From: an uncultured virus (IMG/VR IMGVR_UViG_3300042301_004094)
Lineage: Duplodnaviria > Heunggongvirae > Uroviricota > Caudoviricetes
Reading direction: 5' to 3' (one strand)
Length of the DNA stretch: 64,000 nt
Virus record (IMG/VR): IMGVR_UViG_3300042301_004094
Span: 1-64,000 of that record
Part shown: in pieces, positions 1 through 9,870 of the stretch
Position numbering within the stretch: the stretch's first letter is position 1
How the letters are laid out: each line of letters opens with the position of its first letter
Notes under the pieces: model-generated
Told to the model about the DNA's origin: nothing
The model's input: the letters and a program-made list of their open reading frames with translations, nothing else
Databases searched by the model: none
Made by a program: the position numbers and the translations under genes

Positions 1-100
1 GCTTCCAATAAGGGGCTTCAGCCGAACCGTAGTTCTCATGGATCTGAGCCGTAATTCTTACTAACGTGTCTTTCATAACCTTTATATCTTTAAGTACAAT

Positions 101-132
101 GTAAATATCGGAACAAAACCCTGCCCAACCAA
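101..132 (-). promoter_or_regulatory. class-1 phage promoter
   Basis: Sense TTGGTTGGGCAG...CGATATTTAC; matches the recurring intergenic motif. Confidence 0.6.
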
Positions 133-135
133 CCG

Positions 136-291
136 TTACTTCACAAATCGGCCGTTACGCAAGTCACGCTTACGAACAACCCCACGTTTGTCGGCCACCG
201 TAACGATGAAACGATTTTTAAACATGTTGTAGAGAAACATCCCCCCAAAAGCCAAAAGTACGGCCGATCCTAAAATTTGAAATAATTCCAT
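136..291 (-). CDS. small membrane-anchored hypothetical protein (51 aa)
   Basis: Hand-translated MELFQILGSAVLLAFGGMFLY...RKRDLRNGRFVK*; hydrophobic N-terminus, basic tail; below ORF-track cutoff. Confidence 0.55.
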   Translation of the reverse strand: MELFQILGSAVLLAFGGMFLYNMFKNRFIVTVADKRGVVRKRDLRNGRFVK

Positions 292-315
292 TTATTATTT
301 GTGTTTAAGTGTAAA

Positions 316-525
316 TTACTTTTTTGTAAATACTGCCTGCATTTTGTCCAAACCATACCTTACTCCAGAATGAAAAATGAACAACAAATCAGTGTCTCTT
401 CTTAACTCAATTGAGATTTTCACCTGACCTGACTCATCTTCTTCCTGCAAAACAATGATTTGATCCCCTAATTCCTCTTGTAAATAAACAAGACGTTCTG
501 ATTGAATATAAATTTCTGCTTTCAT
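316..525 (-). CDS. hypothetical protein
   Basis: ORF with A-rich leader ending GTTATG and an upstream promoter motif. Confidence 0.65.
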   Translation of the reverse strand: MKAEIYIQSERLVYLQEELGDQIIVLQEEDESGQVKISIELRRDTDLLFIFHSGVRYGLDKMQAVFTKK

Positions 526-546
526 AACTTATTAATTTTTATTGAC

Positions 547-579
547 GTAAATGTACGAAGTGGGTTTTGCCCCACCACA
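547..579 (-). promoter_or_regulatory. class-1 phage promoter
   Basis: Sense TGTGGTGGGGCAAAA...TCGTACATTTAC. Confidence 0.65.
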
Positions 580-735
580 CTAGAATGAAATGTAATCGAT
601 TGCTTTCTCACCTATCGACTTTCCATCTCTGGTGATCTCGTAATCAGGATCCATACCAGAAATCATGATATGAGCAATCAAATCACCAATACAGGTAAAT
701 TCGGCTCTGTAATAATCACATTTTAAACTATACAT
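580..735 (-). CDS. small hypothetical protein (51 aa)
   Basis: Hand-translated MYSLKCDYYRAEF...KAIDYISF*; preceded by promoter motif at 758-790. Confidence 0.55.
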   Translation of the reverse strand: MYSLKCDYYRAEFTCIGDLIAHIMISGMDPDYEITRDGKSIGEKAIDYISF

Positions 736-792
736 ACGTTTTAATTTTTAGTACGTTGTAAAGGTACAAAAAAAACTGTGACCGAACAAAAC

Positions 793-1443
793 CTATCGCC
801 TAGATGTTTTCGGACGGCCGCGGCGGCCTCCAGTGCGTGCCTTAACCAGTGCCTTTTGAGCCGCGCGTGAGGAAATCATTTCACTAGTGAGTGAAGGACG
901 TCCGCGCTTTCCTCCGGTGGAAGTTTTTGGTGTCTTTGGAGTGACACCAGAAGCGGGCCTTCCTCTCCGGCCTCCACTTCTTTCTGCACGCGCGACCTTC
1001 TCAAGTTCACGTGCGGCCTTCACCTCTGGATCAAGTGCTGGACGTCCCCTACGGGTGCCCTCGACCTTCTCCTTCTTCGGTTTTAAACCACGTTGCAGAT
1101 CACTGACGCGCTTACGCTCGGCTTTCTCATCACTGCGATTCATCATGTTAAGGGTGCGTCGGTGCTTAATCACGGACGGGTGTAAAATTACCTGATCCAG
1201 ATCAAAGCAACGACTAGCACCTCCCTCATCACGTACCTCATATCCACCACGGGGCCATCCTGGCTCACCTGGTTCGCGTTGTTTGATCAGTGAAAAAAAC
1301 ATACGCGTCTCATAAAAGTACGGTGCGGGTAAAACCCTATCACGTGGCTGAGGATTAGCTAGCTCAGGGAAAATATCAGCGTAGCGTTTCACAGTTCCTA
1401 TTTGGTCCTCACCAACCATAAACGGGGTTTCAATTATCTTCAT
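793..1443 (-). CDS. basic DNA-binding protein with four AT-hook motifs
   Basis: RRGRPA, RRGRPA, KRGRPS, RRGRPK in a K/R/G-rich C-terminal half. Confidence 0.7.
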   Translation of the reverse strand: MKIIETPFMVGEDQIGTVKRYADIFPELANPQPRDRVLPAPYFYETRMFFSLIKQREPGEPGWPRGGYEVRDEGGASRCFDLDQVILHPSVIKHRRTLNMMNRSDEKAERKRVSDLQRGLKPKKEKVEGTRRGRPALDPEVKAARELEKVARAERSGGRRGRPASGVTPKTPKTSTGGKRGRPSLTSEMISSRAAQKALVKARTGGRRGRPKTSRR

Positions 1444-1461
1444 ATCTTAATTTTTATTGAC

Positions 1462-1493
1462 GTAAATGTACGACAAAAACTCTGCCACAACAA
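1462..1493 (-). promoter_or_regulatory. class-1 phage promoter
   Basis: Sense TGTTGTGGCAGAG...TCGTACATTTAC upstream of the AT-hook gene. Confidence 0.65.
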
Positions 1494-1494
1494 C

Positions 1495-1875
1495 ACCCTC
1501 CTGCAACAAAAACGTCACAAAAAACCGCGACAAAATTGCTACAAAAAACACCTAAAGGTACGAACACTTTGTGCAACAACCAAAAAAAGTTATGCAACAA
1601 AAAAGTGTAGTTGTGCGTCAAAAAAGGAATGGGGTTTGGGACAAAAAGTTCATAAAAAAAAGTTTGGATCGCGTGGAGAGAAAATGGGGTGGAACTCAAC
1701 ACCAAATCACCGTCACCAACCAACTCGTCACATACTATAACGAACCTAAACAAAACATTACGTGGATAAAAATCCGACTCGTTCCATACTATCCCTATTC
1801 CTCACCCATTATATAACCTACGCTATAAAAAACAGCGCAAATTCAACGCAAAAACAACGCAAAAAACGGCGGCCT
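1495..1875. repeat. A-tract-rich non-coding region with short CAACGCAAAAA-like repeats
   Basis: Many A4-A8 runs on one strand at roughly helical spacing; no credible ORF. Confidence 0.55.
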
Positions 1876-1913
1876 CTACACAACAATATCACTCACCGTC
1901 TCCGTATCTCTCG

Positions 1914-2168
1914 CTATTTAACCATATCTTCAGGATAACATTGTAACAAAAATTTCTTATTGTACACGGTATCCCATGCTCGTCCGTCCAACGTACTCAC
2001 AGCAGCATAATGAGCCGCCATTAGTGATTTGCGCACGTGCATCCTAGCAAACTCAGTCATCAATTCCTCCGTGTTCATTATACCACCAAGTTGCTTGATT
2101 AGTTCTTTCGCCGTCACCGTCTCACCCGTATGCTGAGTATTCATTATCCTATTCATCATCGTCCTCAT
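1914..2168 (-). CDS. hypothetical protein
   Basis: ORF in a co-oriented gene string. Confidence 0.55.
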   Translation of the reverse strand: MRTMMNRIMNTQHTGETVTAKELIKQLGGIMNTEELMTEFARMHVRKSLMAAHYAAVSTLDGRAWDTVYNKKFLLQCYPEDMVK

Positions 2169-2448
2169 CCCCTTTCATCATTTTAACCCGTTGCTGTTGT
2201 AGCCGTTGAATCTCTAGTTTCAAATCCTCGTTTCCCGAACGTGTTTTTAGTTCAATTACCTTTTTAGCCATCGAATCCATTTTACCGTTTTTATGTTCCC
2301 TAACCATATGATCCAGTACGTCCTTAACCATATCAATACCGTGTTTGGTTTGTGTATCAATATATCCTGGATATTCTACTGTGGCTTTTGAGTAGTTACC
2401 CTCATCATCCACCAATTTAATTTCAATGTGTTTCAACTTGCTCATGGT
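2149..2448 (-). CDS. hypothetical protein
   Basis: ORF; start probably near MSKLKH (start coordinate approximate). Confidence 0.5.
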   Translation of the reverse strand, partial: TMSKLKHIEIKLVDDEGNYSKATVEYPGYIDTQTKHGIDMVKDVLDHMVREHKNGKMDSMAKKVIELKTRSGNEDLKLEIQRLQQQRVKMMKGDEDDDE

Positions 2449-2629
2449 TCGTGATTTTATATATGATTGTTCTATCAATTGGGTAACACGCTACTATCTC
2501 ACCTTGCTCCATTTTGAATAGATATATTCCATTCTCCACTGTGAATCCCTCCGCGTTGCATGTTGTTACATACGTTCCATTATTAACCGCCTTATTTCCC
2601 GTTATTATTTGTAGATGGAATGTTTTCAT
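2423..2629 (-). CDS. hypothetical protein
   Basis: ORF in a co-oriented string. Confidence 0.55.
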   Translation of the reverse strand: MKTFHLQIITGNKAVNNGTYVTTCNAEGFTVENGIYLFKMEQGEIVACYPIDRTIIYKITNHEQVETH

Positions 2630-2762
2630 TGTCTTGAAATAGTTTTAACTCGCTCTTGATTCGGTAAATGTAGAGCATCTGTGCTCCGATCATTCCCATT
2701 AGTATTAAGTACACTACTAGAATTAGGTTCCATTCTGTAATGAATCGTTTTATTCTTTCCAT

Positions 2763-2975
2763 TTAATATTGTCTAATATGCTTGCTATATGCTTCTTCAA
2801 TCGTTTGCTCAAGTTGTCTGGCTACGTTAAACACGATCACTGATAATTCCTTTATATGCTCACTATACTCGTCATGTTTCTCATAGTTGATGCCCTTGAT
2901 TATCTGCATCTTATACCATTCCAACATTTCGTTGTAGCGATCATACATCGCCTTCATGTCTGCTATTGTTAGCAT
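2763..2975 (-). CDS. hypothetical protein
   Basis: ORF in a co-oriented string. Confidence 0.55.
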   Translation of the reverse strand: MLTIADMKAMYDRYNEMLEWYKMQIIKGINYEKHDEYSEHIKELSVIVFNVARQLEQTIEEAYSKHIRQY

Positions 2976-2998
2976 ATACTTCGTTTTAATATTCTATT

Positions 2999-3211
2999 CT
3001 ATTGATTTGGTCTTCTATAACTATTGAATGTGCTTTCGGTTGCTGTCCACTGTGACTTTCTCTTAAACGTTGGATCATAATTCTCTATACCCTTCAAATA
3101 CATTTCCTTCATTTGCTTCTGTTCCATCTCCAACGCTTCCTGAAATACACCTGATGGTAATGTTTCACCACGCTCAATGTATTGTTGTTTTAGGTATTCT
3201 ACTGCTGTCAT
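2999..3211 (-). CDS. hypothetical phage protein
   Basis: TAVEYL...FQEALEMEQKQM pattern of small phage proteins. Confidence 0.6.
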   Translation of the reverse strand: MTAVEYLKQQYIERGETLPSGVFQEALEMEQKQMKEMYLKGIENYDPTFKRKSQWTATESTFNSYRRPNQ

Positions 3212-3215
3212 CTAT

Positions 3216-3461
3216 CTATAATTTTAAATACCATTTACTAATCATGTATAGTCCCTTACATAATCCAACTGCGATTAATACTGGTACTATCATGAACCAC
3301 ATTACTGAGAATCCGAAGTATGCTTGTTCATTGCTCTCCCAATCTTCATACCATCCATCTTTATTCCATTCGTCATAATCGAATCCGATTCGCTTTCCAA
3401 AGTATTTGAAGAACGTTAACGTTATTAAGAATCCAAGTGGGTATATTAGCATTAGTATCAT
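3216..3461 (-). CDS. small two-TM membrane protein
   Basis: Two hydrophobic segments flanking an acidic loop. Confidence 0.6.
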   Translation of the reverse strand: MILMLIYPLGFLITLTFFKYFGKRIGFDYDEWNKDGWYEDWESNEQAYFGFSVMWFMIVPVLIAVGLCKGLYMISKWYLKL

Positions 3462-3580
3462 CTATCCTTCGTTTTAATTACTTCGTTAATTGGGTACCAT
3501 GGAATGAATCTATTCATAGCGAATCGTATATACGTATTTAAGTATTGTGTGGTGTGGCCACCAACTTTTGTGGCTTAACT

Positions 3581-3865
3581 TTAGGGTGCTATTTCTAGTT
3601 TCTGTATTTGTTCTAGTAATTTAGTTACATCTTCTTCACTTAGATATCCAACAACATCTCCGTTAGCAACAGGATTGTCATAGTGAAGTTCTCCATTACT
3701 ATCTAATACCGCTAATTCATATAGACCGTTTTTACCACCATATGACATTGGACCTTTAACTACACTTGCTCCATACCCGTTATCAAACGAAATACGACTG
3801 ATTATACCTCCATATTCTGCTCCCATTGGGTGATCAATGAATTCTAGATCATTAAATGTTTTCAT
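3581..3865 (-). CDS. conserved hypothetical phage protein
   Basis: FDNGYGASV...SYGG..GLYELAVL pattern. Confidence 0.7.
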   Translation of the reverse strand: MKTFNDLEFIDHPMGAEYGGIISRISFDNGYGASVVKGPMSYGGKNGLYELAVLDSNGELHYDNPVANGDVVGYLSEEDVTKLLEQIQKLEIAP

Positions 3866-4025
3866 ATCTGAATTGTTTTTTAGGATGGAACGCTGCTCTA
3901 GCCTCGTCCAATCGTTTTAGGAATTGTCTATTCTTACTATCGCCCTTGTCCCATAGTGTTGATACACCATGCTTGCGAGCCCATTCTTCCAGTGTTAATT
4001 CGTTATTCGTCTTCATATTATGAAT

Positions 4026-4901
4026 TTACGCTACTTGTTCTGCCTGTCCAATGTATCTATTGTAACGAGCCGTCTCATCAGCTTCTTGTCTCGCCTTATT
4101 ATTTGTTTCCCAGGCATATACGCTTTCAATGAATGAGTCGAAATAGTCATGTTTAACCTCGATATCACTCCATTGTTCATCACATGTTCTCTTAACCTGT
4201 AATGCTATTTTATTATACTTAGCAGGTCCAACTACTCTATAGACGTTTACATTTGTGTAATCCCACTTACCACGTCCTGTTTCTAATACGAGTGAATTTG
4301 GTGTTTCTACTAATTCATATTGATTGGTATCGTAATTAAATTTACAATGTAGGTAAGGCGATATGGTATGTTCGAATCCTGGTACTTTATATTCTTCACG
4401 TTTAGCAACGTGAATCTCTTGTTTAACTCTATTTATTTCTTGTTCCAACCTATAAAGTTCACTATTCAATTCCCAATATGGTTTGTAGATTTCTTTGTAT
4501 GCTGGTTTCCACTCGTTCTCTATATTGTCAATAATTAAAGCAATATGCTGCGCTACTTTACCTAATATAGTTAAGTAGTACATGTTAGTAGTATTTATTT
4601 TGGTATGGCTACTTCTGTAGTCAATATCATAATAAGCATCTTCATCTCTATAGCTATATTGTTTTCTAATATTAATAGCACTAGGCCATCTACCATCTTC
4701 TACTGGAACGATTTCTAATGTATTATCTGTGTATTTAACGTTATATGGACTTACACTTAATACGCTACTGAACCAATCATGAATAGATTGATTTAATCTA
4801 ACTAATGCGGGATTATACACTGTTGTTTCGTATTGTTCGAACTCGTTCTGCTTAACTGCGAACTGTGATGCGAGTGCATCTAAGATGATTTGCTTATTCA
4901 T
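4026..4901 (-). CDS. hypothetical protein with a coiled-coil segment
   Basis: Start moved to MNKQII, which follows the AAATTAAAGGTTATG leader and the promoter at 4925-4955. Confidence 0.7.
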   Translation of the reverse strand: MNKQIILDALASQFAVKQNEFEQYETTVYNPALVRLNQSIHDWFSSVLSVSPYNVKYTDNTLEIVPVEDGRWPSAINIRKQYSYRDEDAYYDIDYRSSHTKINTTNMYYLTILGKVAQHIALIIDNIENEWKPAYKEIYKPYWELNSELYRLEQEINRVKQEIHVAKREEYKVPGFEHTISPYLHCKFNYDTNQYELVETPNSLVLETGRGKWDYTNVNVYRVVGPAKYNKIALQVKRTCDEQWSDIEVKHDYFDSFIESVYAWETNNKARQEADETARYNRYIGQAEQVA

Positions 4902-4966
4902 AACCTTTAATTTTTTAGTACGATGTGAATATACGAACGGAACCCTGCCAACCAATAAGAAAGCGC

Positions 4967-5560
4967 CTATTGGCGCTCCTTAATTAGTTTTAAAGCATTC
5001 GAGTCGAAACACAACTCACTAAATTCACCTGCAGTGATATTTTCAGTATCATTTACTGCTACCTTATAGCTTTCAATCTTACCTGTTTTAAGGTTAACTA
5101 ATGCTACTTGATTTGATACACGACCACCTATTAGGAGGTAACGATTACCATCTTCATGTTTATATCTGTTACCTACTTTATGAGTAGCGAAATACTCAGG
5201 GAATTGTAGTTTGATTTGCTCTTTTAGTTCTTTAAGAGCAGCAATCATTGATGCTGATAATTCCATACTGTTTAAATTAAAATATTCTGGGTTGTGGGTT
5301 TGTGGTTCATTTACATTTGAAATATACTCCTTTGCATCTACAGGAATGAAATATGATTGGAATTCACCTACTGGTACAGCAATGTTAACTCCACGACCTG
5401 ATGCTTTTTCCATAACATAATAGCCTGTAAATTCATGTTCGTCGTGTTCAGTACTCCATTTGAATTTTTGACCTGATCTGCAGCGATCGTTATATTGGTC
5501 TGTAAATCCTTTGTAACATTCGTAAGTAACGCCGTGATGTGGTTTGATTTTTGTGCTCAT
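4967..5560 (-). CDS. hypothetical protein
   Basis: ORF with leader and promoter motif (5590-5622). Confidence 0.7.
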   Translation of the reverse strand: MSTKIKPHHGVTYECYKGFTDQYNDRCRSGQKFKWSTEHDEHEFTGYYVMEKASGRGVNIAVPVGEFQSYFIPVDAKEYISNVNEPQTHNPEYFNLNSMELSASMIAALKELKEQIKLQFPEYFATHKVGNRYKHEDGNRYLLIGGRVSNQVALVNLKTGKIESYKVAVNDTENITAGEFSELCFDSNALKLIKERQ

Positions 5561-5604
5561 AACTTTTATTTTTTATTTATTTGTGTAATGTAAATATACG
5601 AACC

Positions 5605-6180
5605 TTACTCTGCCAAGAACAATCTATTGTAATTGTAGAAGGCAACTGGATTTTCCTCAACTATTAATTCATAGTTATCTATGACGTGCTCATAAATAAC
5701 ATTTAATGGTTCATTAATCACTTCACCTACTAATTTAGAGAAATAATTATTAGATACATTTACTGTATCTTGGGATATACCTGGTAAGCCACAATATAAT
5801 GCTTCGCTTACTTCACTAATGAACATACCACTATAAAATCCATTTAATTGATGTTCACTCATGAATTGATCAGCATTACACCATATTGCAATACATTCTT
5901 TATCTCTCAGTAATGGTACTGTTGAACTATCAATAGCATAAGTATGGTTAAATCGTTGTGGATATATAGATGATTTAGCATCACTAAACATACCTACAGC
6001 AAATAATCCACTAGGCGAGCCATGTCCCATCATTATGATGCGATCATGTTCTTTAATTAGTTGTGTTAATTGATCTTTACTAACCCCACCATTAACAATA
6101 ATGGCGTCGTTAATGTTACTATATATCGGCTTTAAAAAGTCCGTTGTTGGATCCGATGGGTGAATAATTAAATTTTTCAT
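5605..6180 (-). CDS. putative caspase-hemoglobinase-fold cysteine peptidase-like protein
   Basis: IIMMGHG and IAIWC strand-end motifs resemble the His-Gly/Cys dyad. Confidence 0.45.
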   Translation of the reverse strand: MKNLIIHPSDPTTDFLKPIYSNINDAIIVNGGVSKDQLTQLIKEHDRIIMMGHGSPSGLFAVGMFSDAKSSIYPQRFNHTYAIDSSTVPLLRDKECIAIWCNADQFMSEHQLNGFYSGMFISEVSEALYCGLPGISQDTVNVSNNYFSKLVGEVINEPLNVIYEHVIDNYELIVEENPVAFYNYNRLFLAE

Positions 6181-6376
6181 GACATAAAGATAGGCAAATT
6201 ACTTTGCCCATCCACATTTAATTCATTATTCCTATTATGTTTCGCCTCCACCACTTTGCAAAGCGAGTATTGGGATTTTTAGTTGATACTGATTCTCCAA
6301 CTACTAACCCTATTGTAAATAGTGCTGATAGTAAACACAATAATATTAAAATTTTAAATAATGCCATTACTATAGT

Positions 6377-6592
6377 TTAATAATTGTCATCATAATCATC
6401 ATCATTATTCATAAAGTCTTCATCAAGTGAAGATTCGGAATAAATCAATTCCCCTAGGTCATCTAGTTCTTCATAATACGATTCTAAAGTATAAATGAAT
6501 TCTTCTAGATCAAAGTTATCAGGGTGGCCATTATGATTTAACTCATTGTTTGCTACTAGGATTAGCTCCTTTAAGACATCTTTAATTTCCAT
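6377..6592 (-). CDS. highly acidic small protein
   Basis: D/E-rich 71-aa ORF. Confidence 0.55.
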   Translation of the reverse strand: MEIKDVLKELILVANNELNHNGHPDNFDLEEFIYTLESYYEELDDLGELIYSESSLDEDFMNNDDDYDDNY

Positions 6593-6594
6593 TT

Positions 6595-7029
6595 TTAATT
6601 TTGTTTTTTCTTGCTATAAATATGTTGATAAAATTCTAACAATGTACCATCAAATTGAAGCATTTCTTCTTCTAGTTCTTCTTTTTCCATTCTAAATTCA
6701 ATCCAGAAATCTTTATACATTGCCTCTAATATTTGAGCTTCTTCTCGCTCAAAATCTACAGTTAGTCTGCGTATACGTTCACTATGTAAACCTCTCAATT
6801 CATGTACTAATGCTATATCTGTTACATCTTTGATTGCGTCGTTTTCTAATTTCCTCTCCCACATTAACCACCAATGATAATCACTTATTTCATAATCACC
6901 ATTTTTAATTTTGCTTTCAAGTGGTTGGTATTTATGAAGTGGACTTTTACTATTTTTAAAACGCCTCCACCAATAATACGGATTGTATTTTGTTGGAGTG
7001 TAGGTTGCTATACGTTGACTTAATTCCAT
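6595..7029 (-). CDS. hypothetical protein
   Basis: ORF overlapping the stop of the upstream gene. Confidence 0.65.
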   Translation of the reverse strand: MELSQRIATYTPTKYNPYYWWRRFKNSKSPLHKYQPLESKIKNGDYEISDYHWWLMWERKLENDAIKDVTDIALVHELRGLHSERIRRLTVDFEREEAQILEAMYKDFWIEFRMEKEELEEEMLQFDGTLLEFYQHIYSKKKQN

Positions 7030-7382
7030 CCGTTTTCAGTTTTTACTTGATCAATATGTTTACATTTTCGAGAATTACCTGACCAGCCAAATGCAGGACA
7101 AGTACAACTCCATCTATTGTCTTCATTTTTAACTGTGTATTTTTTACCTTTACTACCATCAACCTCCTGTTCAAATGTATTTTTGAACGCTTCGTTTTTA
7201 GTATTTCTATCTTCTTTTCTAAACCACACTATATCTTTATAGGTGAAATGGTTTGGAACCTCTACCCATCCATCTTCAGATGTAATAGCATATTTCTTTT
7301 CAGGTTCTTGAATTGAATTAAATAATACTGGTACTCGCCAACTATGAATAACTAATTTATCCCCACCAATAATAACTGACAT
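7020..7382 (-). CDS. SWIM zinc-finger protein
   Basis: WSCTCP...RKCKHI motif; start moved to MSVIIG after the leader motif. Confidence 0.8.
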   Translation of the reverse strand: MSVIIGGDKLVIHSWRVPVLFNSIQEPEKKYAITSEDGWVEVPNHFTYKDIVWFRKEDRNTKNEAFKNTFEQEVDGSKGKKYTVKNEDNRWSCTCPAFGWSGNSRKCKHIDQVKTENGWN

Positions 7383-7403
7383 AACCTTTAATTTTAGTAC
7401 GTT

Positions 7404-7436
7404 GTAAATGTACAAACGTTGCTCTGCCTATTCAAA
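7404..7436 (-). promoter_or_regulatory. class-1 phage promoter
   Basis: Sense TTTGAATAGGCAGAG...TGTACATTTAC. Confidence 0.6.
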
Positions 7437-8510
7437 GTCCCTAATTGCGATTACCTTTGGAAAGCGAGGGATACCATCCTCAGTTAATTCAAAGTATTTA
7501 ACTGTTGCTTGCTTACCAATCAAATCATTTCGTTGTAGCAACTCAGCTAAGTATTCCCAATCACCATTAACAGCAGACTCAAACGGTTTACCATCAATTT
7601 CAAATTGCAATTTACCTACTTTACCTGTTAAGTTACCTTTACCTTCAATCACACCCAATATTGTAAACTCAGCGTCACTGAATGTTTTATGTTTTAGAAG
7701 TGATTTACTACGTTTATTCTCATATTTGGAATCAGTTCTTAATATCTGTCCCTCATAACCCAAATGCATGTAATCATAATAATAAGCTAATAAATCGTTT
7801 TCATTATCGATTTGATCAGTTTGTACTATAACACAGCACTCTGGTAGTTTTAATTTGAATAATGATTTGAATCGTTGAATGAACGTACCACCATTGCTTG
7901 GTAAATCATAAATGTGGTATTGAATACAATCAGCACTTAACTTCAAATCATCTCTAGTTGGTTTAGTTTTGCGAACACAAGATATAATTGTGTTAAAGTC
8001 AGCTACTGATTTGTCAGCATATAATTCACCATCAAGAATTAAATCTGGGTCTTGTTCGAATAACGATCTAAGTGAATAATAGATATGGGGTGCTGAGATA
8101 ATTGGTTTACCATTTCGAGACCACATTCCATCTGCTCTAATGATACATCTCACACCGTCTAATTTTGGTTGGCCAAAGATAGGGAATGTAATCTTATCTT
8201 TATAGTCCTCATAGTCATGAGCCAACATTGGTTTGAAATATACTGGTGTGTCTATTTTATTAATGTCTTCCCAATAACCTAGATCTTTGCGTTTGGTATA
8301 CATTGCTTCTACTTCAGCATGAGCTTGTTGTTCATCAGTAGTAGAATTTTTCTTACCAACGTTTTTAGCCTTACAACACGTCCATTCAGATGTTACTTTT
8401 TGACCATCTGAGAATCCACTTATTGTTCTAAAGCAATTACCTTCGATTTCGGCTTGCCATGTTGATACTTTTCCAGTAACGGAACGTTTGTATAGAATTG
8501 GATACATCAT
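7428..8510 (-). CDS. lig: ATP-dependent DNA ligase
   Basis: PMLA, KLDGVR adenylation motif, LDGELY, EG..LR, LLKHK, C-terminal OB fold with PRFP. Confidence 0.93.
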   Translation of the reverse strand: MMYPILYKRSVTGKVSTWQAEIEGNCFRTISGFSDGQKVTSEWTCCKAKNVGKKNSTTDEQQAHAEVEAMYTKRKDLGYWEDINKIDTPVYFKPMLAHDYEDYKDKITFPIFGQPKLDGVRCIIRADGMWSRNGKPIISAPHIYYSLRSLFEQDPDLILDGELYADKSVADFNTIISCVRKTKPTRDDLKLSADCIQYHIYDLPSNGGTFIQRFKSLFKLKLPECCVIVQTDQIDNENDLLAYYYDYMHLGYEGQILRTDSKYENKRSKSLLKHKTFSDAEFTILGVIEGKGNLTGKVGKLQFEIDGKPFESAVNGDWEYLAELLQRNDLIGKQATVKYFELTEDGIPRFPKVIAIRDFE

Positions 8511-8540
8511 AACTTTTAATTTTAGAACGTCAATGTACGC

Positions 8541-8849
8541 TTAGAACTTTACCTCCCAAAACTGCCACCATTTTCTCTTCTTAGGAGTTTTAGGTTCAAA
8601 TGGTTTTGTATTGTCATAACAATTGATAATACCCCCATAACGAGCAGCCATCATCTGTATCATTGTAGAATGCCATTCAGATGGAATTTTTTCGAAATCA
8701 GCTTTAATTTCAACAATCAATTCAACCTGCTTATCTCTCCCTGTTAATAATACTAAATGATCATTCATTTGAACAATCTGAGAAGCCTTCATTGTTATTT
8801 GTTGACCCTTACCTATGGATATCGATCCGTTATTTTCTAATTCCCACAT
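8541..8849 (-). CDS. hypothetical protein
   Basis: ORF ending KKRKWWQFWEVKF. Confidence 0.6.
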   Translation of the reverse strand: MWELENNGSISIGKGQQITMKASQIVQMNDHLVLLTGRDKQVELIVEIKADFEKIPSEWHSTMIQMMAARYGGIINCYDNTKPFEPKTPKKRKWWQFWEVKF

Positions 8850-8850
8850 A

Positions 8851-9039
8851 TTACTTTTTCGGATTTACAATTATTTCTAAATTATTATCTTCAAATCTAA
8901 GTCCAACAACTTCACCACCATACTCTGCAGCTTCTACTTTTTCTAAGAACTTCTTTAAATCAAATGCTCTTATAAAGAATCCACCTTTGGCTTCCCCATC
9001 GGTGAAATCTTCCTTCCAAAATACTTGTCCGTCAAACAT
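8851..9039 (-). CDS. hypothetical protein
   Basis: ORF in a co-oriented string. Confidence 0.55.
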   Translation of the reverse strand: MFDGQVFWKEDFTDGEAKGGFFIRAFDLKKFLEKVEAAEYGGEVVGLRFEDNNLEIIVNPKK

Positions 9040-9056
9040 TAGTATATTATTTAAGA

Positions 9057-9803
9057 TTAAAGATATGATTCTGCTAATTCAAATAATTGCTCGTTCAATT
9101 GGATATCCTTTTGGAAGTTCTTTACTGATCTAGCCTTACGACCACCAGATGTATATGAACCACCTAATATTTTCTCTTGAACACGATTGAATACAACCCA
9201 CAAATCATTACCTTGATCCTCAGTACGTGTAGCACTAAGTACATCCATGATATTAACTGTTTTCTTAGTTCTTAACTGAGATGCTTTGGTTGCAAAGTCA
9301 TTCATTTCAACTTCAGTTAATGTTTTAGCTTTGAATACATTAATCTTATTTACCAACCCTGGTAATTTAGCAATAATCTCATTAATCTTGGTTTGTAATG
9401 ATTCGAAGGTATAATTGGTATGTCTAATAGATACATTATTAAAATCAGCATCACTGATTACCAACCCATTACTACATACTAATCTGAAGATACCAACTCT
9501 GAAATTGAAAGCGGCTTTACCATCATGAGAATTAGTTAATAGGATTTGAGGAAACGAATCGTCTCCATTTTCACCCTTAATCATAATATCAGGATTGCGG
9601 AACACAACTAAGTGTTTTTGGAAACCTTTGTACTTACGAGATTTAACCTCTTGTACTTTAGTTACTACCCAACCTAAATTCATTAAATCCTCTACTACAC
9701 GTGATGTAGGAGTTTGTACATACTTGTCTGACAAGTGAGATGCTTTTTCAGTTGTAAATACTGACGGTGCAATTACCTTGATGTTTTCTAAACTGTAGTT
9801 CAT
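9057..9803 (-). CDS. DUF932/DUF945 family protein
   Basis: NSHDG, GIFRLVCSNG, R.EDQGNDLW..FNRVQE motifs. Confidence 0.88.
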   Translation of the reverse strand: MNYSLENIKVIAPSVFTTEKASHLSDKYVQTPTSRVVEDLMNLGWVVTKVQEVKSRKYKGFQKHLVVFRNPDIMIKGENGDDSFPQILLTNSHDGKAAFNFRVGIFRLVCSNGLVISDADFNNVSIRHTNYTFESLQTKINEIIAKLPGLVNKINVFKAKTLTEVEMNDFATKASQLRTKKTVNIMDVLSATRTEDQGNDLWVVFNRVQEKILGGSYTSGGRKARSVKNFQKDIQLNEQLFELAESYL

Positions 9804-9870
9804 AACCTTTATATTTTAAATATTAATTTTTACGTTGTAAATATACGTTGACAGCCTTGCCCGGCCACCT

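Noticed and set aside
1402..1816. ORFs across the A-tract region
   Set aside because: Poly-K or poly-F translations of A-tracts; no leader motif; likely non-coding
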